From: Azolla caroliniana
Lineage: Eukaryota > Plantae > Polypodiophyta
Assembly (NCBI GenBank): GCA_043228905.1
Contig: JBHGNT010000005.1
Span: 19,220,001 to 19,284,000, forward strand
Direction: 5' to 3'
DNA length: 64,000 nucleotides
Shown: piece by piece, positions 36,023 to 46,400 of the stretch
Layout: every line of letters starts with the position of its first letter
Numbering within the stretch: position 1 is the stretch's first letter
Made by a program: the position numbers and the translations under genes
Notes under the pieces: generated by a model
Databases searched by the model: none
What the model saw: the letters and a program-made list of their open reading frames with translations, nothing else
What the model was told of the DNA's origin: nothing

Positions 36023-38893
36023 ATGGCTCACCGCCCAAGGAACCCTAAGCCACAAAAAGAAGGAAATAGAAGGTTTTCTGCACAAAGCAGAAACACAACG
36101 TCTAGCTATCAGCGCTCCCATCGCTCCTCCTCACCTTTTTCCCCATCACATCTCAGAGCTCCAACTCACCACTGCTACCCGTCGCCTCTCGACGAACCTA
36201 CTCTGGCGATGCCGATCTTCATCTCTACTGCCCTACGCCGATGGCTCGTGGAGAAGCGCCTGGATGGTTATATTCGGGTCGCAGAAGCACCTCCGCACCC
36301 GGACGCCATGGACATCGCCAAGCGGCTTAACATCGACACGGTCACAAACTCTTCCATTCGGAAGAAGTTAGACCTATCCTCACTAGGCGAAAGACATTTC
36401 GAAATACCTCCTACAAAGGCGCTGCAGCGGTATTTTGGCCCATACTCATCCTCCGCCAAAGCCTATAGAACAAAACAGATTCCGGATCCCTTCTTCCGTG
36501 AAGTTGCCAAGTTCCTACTGGAAGTAGGTTGCGTCCATGTCAACGCTTACGGGATGCCTAAACAGAAGGCGGGCATCATTATCGACACCTTTGAGGGGCG
36601 TACAGTCGACTGGGGGGTCATCACAGGGCTGGCGTTAAGGGAAGGCTTGCATGCGTACCAAGCAGGCAAAAAGCAGGCCAATCATCCAACAATACCTTAC
36701 GGTACTGTTCCCTCCCCGAGCCCTACCAGCACCACAGCCCAACAGCCAAGCCACGGCCCCGCCCCGCTCCGCGAAACGCAGGTTAGCGGAGTTGGCGGCC
36801 CCAGAGTGGGAGGAGGAACCCCAACCGGCCCAATCAGACCCAAGGACAACACCTCCTACCGACCAACAGGATACACGGGCGACGTAGGAGGAACAACCGA
36901 GACACCCTATGGAGGCAGCCCCAGAATCAGACACCAAAGCACGGGGGGAAAGCCCTAGACCCAAACGGCGCAGATTGGACAGAAAGGATGGGCGGGGGTT
37001 GGTAAAAAACGCCCCCACAGATCCGGAGGCACCGACCGCAGGCGAAGGCCCCGCAACAGCAGAGCCGAATACCACCTTCGAAATCATCTGGGAGCCACGA
37101 CCGATTATTACGACTCAGTCCTAGCGAGGGAAAGCCGTATTGACGGCGGAAAGGCCCACGAATTCAGCGCCCTCTTGCAGTTCAGTACCTCTTTCGAGCT
37201 CATGGAGTTCCTGGCAACATAACAGGTCAAAGCCGCCCAACACATGGCCGAGGAGCATGCGGAACGACAAATGATAGAGCGCGCCCTAACACAAACAACG
37301 GAGAGCGATGATGAGGACCGGCTAGCCAGGGTCGGCAGACAGAGGAACGTTGGGGTACGGCGAGTAGGGATGGAGATACCACCCTTAAACACGGCCCTAG
37401 TCGAGGTCCATCAGGAACTAGCAAAGGTCAGCACGGGAGCCAAGGAGATGGCCATAAAAAATAAGAATGTCTGGAAGAAGGTTAAACTGACCAAAGCCGA
37501 ACTACAAAAGGCCAACGCACGCATCGTGGAGTTAGAAGCTCATACGACTACGGCGCAACACGAAACCCCGCCACCGAACCACGTTATCGACACTCTCAAA
37601 GAAGAAATCGAGGCTCAGACCGCCATCGCCTCAAAAGCAAAAAGGGCCATGCAGCTAGCGGAATCCCAAATTGACCGTCTTCGAGCAGAGCTACGCCAAT
37701 CCTCCGACAGAGAAAAGGAGATACGGGCTAATGGACGAAAGGCCGTAAAAACGCTTGAAGAGAAACTAGCTACGGAGGTGGCACAACACATCCGGACAAA
37801 AGACGACAACGCCCAATTACGAGAGGACGCGAAAAAATCAGAGGCGGCAATAGCGGGACTTCGGGCCTTATTAGAGAAAAAGAAGGTATGGTTCGATGAA
37901 CAGTTGGTAGTCGAACAAGACAGACGACATCAACTCGAAATCCGCCTAAACAATGAAATGGGGAAATTAGAAAAACAGCATGAAAAGGAATCCCAACTGT
38001 GGGCGGGCCTGAAGGCCTCGTATGAGGAAGCGGTAGCCGTTAAACAGCAGGAAATCGCGAATCTCCAGAAGTCGATGGAAGACGCACGCAACCGCTGCCA
38101 GGCTATCATGGATAACATGCGCATCCTTCTCCAAACCAACCGGGAAAGGTTCACAACGCAATTGAAAACAGCGCTGGACAAAGGATGGATGGCGTGGGCA
38201 ACCCAAGCAGCGGAATTGCACGCGTATTGTGCGGACTGGGAGAACCGGCGGAAAGACGGCCGAGGGTTTCATAAGCTAAACGAGGAGAGCATTGCGATTG
38301 TATAGGAGGACCTAGCGCAAGACTATCGCACGTTAGCAAACCAACACTCCGAAGAACTCACACAACTCCTAGATGATTTTGGTGAAAGTCAGGAGGAGCT
38401 ATTTCACCAGATCACACAAACCGGCAACACACACACAAACGAGGAACCCAGCGAGACACCAATTCCGGGCACAACCGAAGAAGAGGAACCTCAGGACCGA
38501 TCACCAGCGAGGACAACGGGGGAGAATAGCGGGGACGAACGAGCGGAGTTCCCCACAAGACCAGACAGCGAAACGATTAACCAAAAAAAGGTCCAGCCCA
38601 CACCATCTTCAAAAAACGCGGGAAATAGTGCGGACCAGGTGGAATCCCCGCCCCACGCCCAGGGACACACAAAAACAGCCAACACCGCGGAGGACGTAAC
38701 AATAGAGGCGGAGCAGCAGCCGACTGCAAGCACGCTACCGGCGGAGCCCAACCCACGAACTCAAGAAGAGCCCACCGTACCCAGACCACCCGCACACGGC
38801 GAAGGCAACTCCGGGAGAAACCAGGCCGACCAAGCAGAGGAGCCGCACCACGATGCACCTACGGGCCCTACATCAACTCCGGCCGAAGATTAA
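36023..38893 (+). pseudogene. Gypsy-D additional sense ORF after pol (globular N-terminus, long coiled coil, low-complexity tail), disrupted
   Basis: Consecutive fragments 36023-36958, 37244-38305 (E/K/A/Q-rich, heptad-like) and 38639-38893. Confidence 0.7.
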
Positions 38894-38897
38894 CGAG

Positions 38898-38940
38898 ATG
38901 GGTCCGACGTGCAAAGGCACTGTCCCACAGGCGTGCCAGG
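38898..38940 (+). promoter_or_regulatory. tRNA-Arg 3'-half-like motif at the PPT position of Gypsy-D
   Basis: ATGGGTCCGA-CGTGCAAAGGCACT-GTCCCACAGGCGTGCCA-GG, then the LTR TG. Confidence 0.8.
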
Positions 38941-40820
38941 TGTTGTCCGCCGGAATAGTAACCGACGGCCAAAAACGTAGGAATAAGAAACTATATAAAG
39001 CGTAACGTATGTAACGGTTCACGCGGGGAAGCATGAACGGCTAATTAGACCCTGCATATATAAAGGGCAGAAAACCTCGTAAGGAGGTGCGTGTAAATTT
39101 TCGGAAATGTAAAAGAACGCCTGATAATAGAATACTATCTTCTCTGAGTTTTTGTGTATAGCTATGACTAATTCAGTGTCTGTCTCTCGGATACGTAATC
39201 GTAGTAGTACGTAAGCGCAACCTGTGATAAGGAGTCGGTTGTTGCCGTCTCCCCTTACACACGGAGGAATCACAGAGGTTCTCTCCTTATGTAGTACGAT
39301 TAAGCTATGTTCGTTGTTCCACACCCACCTTGGGGTCTAGGTCGAAGGACTGACCACAGACCGTGTTTCCTAAGAGGCAACAAGGAGCCGATAGGGGCAA
39401 ACATGGGGAGGTGTGTCAGGCCGGAAAGGCACACCTGGGACGGAACAAGAGTATCACAAGTGGCCATCACAGGCCGGATCGAAGCGTGACTATGGGACGA
39501 TGTTCAGCACGGGCGGTGTTGAACAAAGGAAGCGGAAGACGGCACAAGGGAGGTGCCGGGAACGAGGTGACGAGTGCATAGTGGACTGCACAGGGTCGGA
39601 GTCAGGGGATGACAAGGGAGTTCGGAGGAGGATCCTCCACACTCACTTCGTAGATCTCGGTAGCTCAGTCAGAGTAGGGAAGAGTGACATGGCAAGCCCG
39701 GGATGACAAGCTGGTGGGGCGAGGGGACGACGGCAAGCAGAAGACTCCGGACCTGTTGCAGTAGCGCAAAACGGGAAAGACCAAGCGGGCCACTACGGGC
39801 ATTCCTCCAGCGGAGGGTATCGGGCATACGGTGGAGAGCAGGGCATGCATACAGCCGAACAAGGGCCAGCGGATGTACGCGGACTACGGAGATCGCGGCG
39901 AAGGACCCATCGACGGGTCGAACGAGCCTACGGGGAGGTAAGCGCGAAGAAAGAACCGAAGCCGACGATTCAAACCGGCAGCGAGCCGGGATGCGGATTA
40001 CAGAAGACCGATTTCTCACCGGCCGAAATCTCTCACCCTTCACCGGATTTGGCACGTACCGGTGGACGTGCGGTTTGGTGGGGGCGGATGTCGTGAAGAA
40101 TTTCGTCGAGAGGCGGAAACTGGGAAATATTGGCTACATCGGCGGGGTGCACCATGTGCACTCACCCTCGTGTGATTGTGTGAATAATAGGAGTTAAGTC
40201 GGGACGAAGAATCCCATGTAAATCGGGATTTATCCCACATTGTAACGCATCCCTCTCCTTGTTCTATAAAAGGAAGGGATGGTCCCTTGAAGAAGGGTTG
40301 CCCGTTTTTGTGTTAGAGGGTATACCGTTAGGTTTAGAGTTAGTTTTCTTCTACTTCTTCTTCTTCTTTGCGGGGAGGTCGACCGTTGAGGGTTGTTTCT
40401 ACTCAGTCTCCTGTGCAAGACCCCGTTCTGCGTGACGAGCCCGAGAGCTCCCCGGACGGTGGCGTGGCAGCAGACTGTTGTTGTAACCTACCCCACCATG
40501 GTCCGGCTCGAAGCCGGAAATGTATTCTTCACCTTTGTAATATACATAGTAGTATTCGTCTGTGCATACCCGTGTCTTTATTTGTGTGGGTGTTTTGGTG
40601 TTCCCTTCCCTGCGTTTCTGTACATAAGGGCGTGAGTCGGTTCGGCGCGGTGTGTGTGTGTGGATGTGAGTAGGAGTAAAGCGCACATCCTCTCTTTTTC
40701 TCTCTCCCGTTCGGTGGCTTCCGAAACCCGCCGGGAATCCTCTTCTCGGCTTCCCTTCTTCCCTAGTCTGAGACCCCCGTGGTCCTGCCCTTCTACACGC
40801 ACGCGCGTAACAACGTGACA

Positions 40821-41328
40821 TCGTACATACTGCTGTTCAGAAAGCTCGGAACTTAGACGCCAACCCCCCAAGGCAGACCTGTACCATCTCATCTTCCTCT
40901 ACAATGACGTTGATAGAGGCAAGCGAGTCACAGATCTCTTTGATTCGGGCCGTGTAATCAGCCACCGACATGTCCTTCTGTTGGACATTGCTCAGCTCCT
41001 GTCGGAGTTGCAGCTTCCAGGCTGTAGTGCTTGCGGCGAACACCTTCTTCAGGTTTCCCCAAGCCTCTTTCGGCGTCTTGGCATCTTGGATATGGCTCAG
41101 CAGCTGGTCTCCGACACTGGACGCAAAGCAGTACATCACTCTGCTTGCCGATTGTTCCCACACCGGGAAGTCCTTGTGTGCCGCATTAGGTGCTGTGTCG
41201 TTAGCTCCGTCGACATAACTCCAGTAACCATGCCCAAGTAGATACTGGTGCACCTTGTATGACCAAGATGCGTAGTTGGATCTGTCGAGCTTCTCCACCG
41301 GGAGCGAGCTAGCCATTCCTCTATCCAT
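40821..41328 (-). pseudogene. Copia-2 gag N-terminus
   Basis: EKLDRSNYASWSYK...KLQLRQEL. Continues at 26692 beyond element C. Confidence 0.92.
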
Positions 41329-43423
41329 TTGTTTTTTTTTTTGTTCTTTACAAAGGTTAGGTTTTCTTCTTGCGAAAGCGAATGTCGGCTACAGAGGTTC
41401 TCAACCCTCGCGCTCTGATACCATGTAGAAACAAATAGCGTGCGGAAGCAATAGAAAACAAAAAACAGGTTTAATGGAGAGCTTAACAGTACGTGGCAGA
41501 GACAGAGAGAGAGAGAGCACACATAAACTCAATTCAAAAAATACTACTTAGCCTGTACATCGTATGTGTTCAGTGAACACTTTTATACAAGTCCATTTGG
41601 ATTGACAGAAGTACGGTGTACTTCAATGCTCACACGAGCGTCTGACACTAACTACGAGATATTAAATCCCTAGTAGACTAGCTGCTACTTCGCTTTCGGT
41701 TACTGCTTGATCCAGCTAACCGGCTCCCCAGCTCATCGGCTCACTTGCTCACCGGCTCACCGATCCGGCTCATCCTTCTGGATGCCGATCCGGATCCGGT
41801 TGAGCTTGCCGCTCAACACAAACCAATTCTCCGTTGTTGCGATAATGTGCATCCGTGTGCTACTCAAGCGGGACCACGTGGATCTTGGACTAGGGAGGTC
41901 ATAAGGACTAAGAACGCACAAATGGTAGGTCCTGAACTTGAATGGATCTCATAGTCGAACATAGGGCAGAGTTGAAGGGAACCCAGACTCGAACAAAGCC
42001 TAGAGTCGAGGGGAGCCCTTAGTCGAAGGGAGTGAACTATTTTGAACTTTCCTCTCTTTCTCTTTTTTTTACCCATAAATAATGGCCTACACATCAATTC
42101 AAATGGCGAATATGATGATATGTGACCTTGTAGAGTTCTCTCTCTTCTTGGTTGAGATTTCGTGACTTCTATAACACTATCAATTGCCACAAAAGAAGTC
42201 CTTTTAACTTTAGAACATATTTTCTCCCCCCAACTTGCGAATAAAAAATGAAGGCATTCCACATATTTCAATTGAACCATAGCCCCCAATTCCTCAAGAA
42301 CTCAAAAATAATTTGAAAATGAGGCATTGGTTCATCGTTCTCCATATGTGCAAAACCCAACTGAAGGAAGATAGAGTTACTTCGGTTAGAGACATCCACA
42401 CTAAACTAATACACCTCCAAATCATCCTTGCCATTGGGCATGAAATAAATCGATGCCAACTATGTTCCAATTCCACCGAACAAAAGAAACACGATCCTTT
42501 AGTAATGTTTCTGTTTTTAATGCATCCCCCAATGGTAAAGCTCCAACCATAATTCTCCAAATAAATACCTTGGCTCATAGCATCAATCGAGAACACCAAC
42601 CTGCCTTGATCACATGAAGCCACCAAGTAATGGGCTTATGAAAACCCCATATCTTTATAACCCTTTCTTCCAACCACTTATGTTTATCAATCAACATTTG
42701 TTGAGATCATAGTCAATCTCTTATTTCCAACAAACCTCCAACCAAGCTCTTGAGATCACCCATCTAAATTAGGAATTGGCTCATACGAAGATTGTATTTG
42801 TTGCAACTTATTCCAATATAAAGGTATAACCTTTTGGAATACGAAATGTTGATCATATTGTTCGAAAAGCCATTAATCTTCTTTGTGACACCAACATAGC
42901 ATCCTTTACCAAGCCCAATCTAGTCATCCGATTAAATTGAAGGTTAAGAATTTGTTTACCTTCCCACCTCAACAACCTTGATGTTGCCAAAACCTCCATT
43001 ATGAATTGGCATATCCCCTTTCTTGTGGAGGATGCCATTCCACAAAATCCAACATACTTGGCCAAAATGTCAACAAATGATTAACTATCATAAACCCTAC
43101 ACATTTGCCATCCTTGTCAAAATTATTTACATTCCACCAATTCGCTTAACCTTCATGCTTCCAAGCTTAATTCCGTTCTTCTCTATAAAGTATTAATAGG
43201 AAAAGCTCTAATTGGGTGGTGCGTGAATTCAAATATTAATGGGAAATGATTTGATATAATTGACCCATAAGACATTGAAATATCCAAAATCTCTAGTAAA
43301 AATCATGTTAATAATTAGACAATTAACTAAGGTTTAATTAGTACCTAATTATGTGAATAATTAATCACATATGTGATTAAGTAGAGGAAGTTTATATGAT
43401 GTGTGTGTGTGTGAGTATGAGAG

Positions 43424-46400
43424 TGTTAGAAATTGGCTCTTTCGAAACCACTTTGTTAAACACAGTGCTCGGCCACAACCGAGGAATAGGATCAACTCAC
43501 AGAAAACAGGAAATACAAAATGCACGAAGACAATAGAGAGAAGAGTGCACATGATGTTTTACGTGGAAAACCCTGAATGGGAAAAAACCACGGGAGTCCT
43601 CTAACTCCAACTATCACTATAAACAGAGATGTACAATGGTGAAGCTACAAGGCAACAACCTTGAGCTCACTGTCTTCGCCACAGGCGGCGGTAATACACA
43701 GAGGCAACGACCTCTTCGTCTCTCTCTCTCTCTCGGCTGCTCTCTTCACTCTCCTTACACACATAAGAGTGGCAATACACAATAAGCAACAACTTTTCAG
43801 CAACAACAACAAAACTGTTTGCCCTAAGTCATATTTATACACATATGACTTTCGGGCTATTTACAAATATAGCCTCAAGGGCCCATGGCAAACATATTCA
43901 CTAATATGTCCCCGCATCCGGATCTCTCTCCGGGTACATTCGTCTTCCGGCTCCGTAACCGGGTCTTCATCATCCAGCTCCGTAGCCGGGGTCTTCATCA
44001 TCCGGCTCCGTAGCCGGGGTCTTCATTCCCGATTCCCGGACATCTTACCATCCCATCCGGAGGGACCGTAATCCCAACAAACTCCCCCTTCACTTCGGCA
44101 TGGGATGTCTTTCCAGTCCGACCTTCTTCCGGCACGCTTCCAGCTTGTCGGGTGTGAGCACTTTGGTCAGCATGTCTGACCCGTTCTCGTCCGTGTGGAT
44201 CTTCGTCAGCACGAACTCCTGGTCTTCTATCCTTTCCCGGATCCAGTGATATCTTCGCTGGATGTGCTTCGTCCGGGAGTGATAGGCCGCGTTCTTCGCA
44301 AGGTGGATGGCACTCTGACTGTCGCGGTAGAGTCGGTACTCCTCCTGCCGGATACCGAGCTCTCTAATGAAGTCCTTCATCCATATTATTTCCTTGCCGG
44401 CTTCAACAGCCGCCATGTACTCCGCCTCAGTGGTTGACAACGCAACCGTCTTCTGCAGCCTCGACTGCCACGAAACAGCTCCCCTTGCATACGTCATCAC
44501 ATACCCTGATGTGGACCGGCTGGTATCTGCATCAGCCGACATATCCGAATCGGTAAAGCCGTCGAGTTCGGGCTTACCGGAGCCGAATCGGAGGCACACG
44601 TTTGCCGTGCCCTTCAGGTATCGGAGTATCCACTTGACCGCATTCCAGTGCTCTTTGCCGGGATTGCTCATGTACCGGCTCACCACTCCGACTGCATATC
44701 CTATGTCCGGTCTTGTACACACCATTGCGTACATCAAGCTTCCGATGGCAGAGGCATATGGTACTTTCATCATGTCCTCCTTCTCAGCCTTTGTCTTGGG
44801 GCTTTGCTTGCTGGACAACTTGCAGTTTGCCTGGAGGGTTGACCCGACCGGTCTTGCTTCCGACATGTTGAACCGGTGAAGCACCTTTGTCACGTACTTC
44901 TCCTGTGACAGCCACAACTGCTTCTTCTTCCGGTCCCGGATGATGTGCATCCCTAGTATTTGCCTCGCCGGACCTAGGTCCTTCATTGAGAAGGTTCGGT
45001 GAAGCGCTTTCTTCAGCATCCGTATCTTGACCTGGTCCCGTCCGACGATCAACATGTCGTCCACGTACAGGAGGAGTATTAGAGAGTCTCCTCCTTCGAA
45101 CTTCTTCACAAACACGCAGTGATCGGACTGCGTTTTGTGGTACCGTTCGTCGGTCATGAAAGAGTCGAACTTCCGGTACCATTGCCGGGGAGCCTGCTTC
45201 AGTCCGTAAAGGCTCTTCTTCAACCGGCATACCAGGTGCTCCTTCCCTTTCTTCTCGAATCCTTCCGGTTGCTGCATGTAGATCTCTTCTTCAAGGTCAC
45301 CGTGAAGGAATGCCGTCTTCACGTCCATCTGTTCTACCTCGAGGTCCATGCTTGCCGCTATGCTCAGCACCGTTCGGATGGAGGTCATCTTCACTACCGG
45401 GGCAAATATCTCGTCGAAGTCGACGCCCTTCTTCTGCTGGAACCCCTTCACCACGATCCTGGCTTTGTATCTCGGGGGGTTTCCGGCATCTCCCGGTTTC
45501 AGCTTGAACACCCACTTGTTTCGAAGTGCCCGCTTTCCTTTCGGCAACTCCACAAGTTCATATGTGTGGTTCTCATGCAGGGAATCCATCTCCTCCTGCA
45601 TGGCACTTAACCACCTGCGGCTATGAGTGTCAAGCTTTGCTTCTTCAAAACTCTCCGGCTCCCCCTCGTCGGTTAGCAGCACGTGCTCTGGTTCCGGAAA
45701 TCTCCGGGGGGCCCTTCTCTCTCTTAGAGGATATCTCCGTTCCGGAGCTTCGGTAACCGGCTCCTCCGTTTCCTCTTCATCCGAATCCATTTCGGGATCG
45801 GGGCCGGTTCCGGTATCAGTTTCATCTTCCTCGGCCGGTTCTGTTTCTTCACCATCTTCGGCCGGATCCTCGAGTGCTAACCGGTCCCTTGCCGGTCGGG
45901 ACTGCTCCTCGTAGAGTTGATCCTCACCGGTCGACTTGGAGCTCTTCATCTTCTTCTCCGACTCCCAGTCGGCGAGTGTCTTGTCCTCCATGAAGATGAT
46001 ATCACGACTCCGGAATATCTTTTTGTCGACCGGGTCCCATACTCGGTAGCCGAACTCGTCATCGCCGTAACCGAGGAATATGCATGGCCGGGTCTTTGGA
46101 TCTAGCTTTCCTCTCCGGTCCCTTGCCACATGCACATATGCGAGACCCCGAACACCTTCAGATGCTGGTAGGATACTTCCCTACCGGTCCACACTCTCTG
46201 CGGCGTGTCTCCGTCCAAAGGTACTGAGGGTGATCTGTTTATCACGTATGTCGCCGTCGACATTGCCTCAGCCCAAAACCCCTTGGGTAATTTCGCATGC
46301 GCCAGCATACTCCGGACCCTCTCCATTATGGTCCGGTTCATCCTCTCGGCCAGCCCGTTCAGTTCCGGCGTCTTCGGCACAGTAAACTCGAGCCGGATTC

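Larger units (their letters stand above)
30327..39382 (+). mobile_element. Gypsy-D: non-chromoviral (Athila/Tat-like) Ty3/Gypsy element with extra 3' ORF and no PPT
   Basis: 442-bp LTRs 30327-30768 and 38941-39382. 5-bp TSD AGGAG. PBS TGGCACGCTTGGTG at 30773-30786. Confidence 0.94.
26693..40820 (+). mobile_element. Element C: non-autonomous gag-only LTR element related to Gypsy-A (about 5.1 kb without nested D)
   Basis: LTRs 26693-27421 and 40089-40820. TSD TCGT. PBS TGGTGAACCTGACGTGA at 27426-27442. PPT GGTGGGGGCGGA identical to Gypsy-A. No pol of its own. Confidence 0.9.
21485..41818 (-). mobile_element. Copia-2 full-length element with nested insertions
   Basis: LTRs 21485-21904 and 41424-41818. 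TSD CGAAC/CAAAC. PBS TGGTATCAGAGC (iMet) at 41412-41423. PPT at 21905-21914. Confidence 0.93.

Noticed and set aside
38850-38940. A complete tRNA gene upstream of the Gypsy-D 3' LTR
   Set aside because: Only the T-arm and 3' acceptor strand match. There is no D-arm, anticodon arm or convincing 5' acceptor strand, and the same holds in TRIM-E.
30327-39382. Gypsy-D actually being a minus-strand element (which would explain the inverted PBS)
   Set aside because: All gag/pol domains are on plus and a normal PBS follows the left LTR.
41864-42289. 141-aa ORF as a host gene
   Set aside because: It is an out-of-frame read of the LINE-b 3' end running into flanking DNA.
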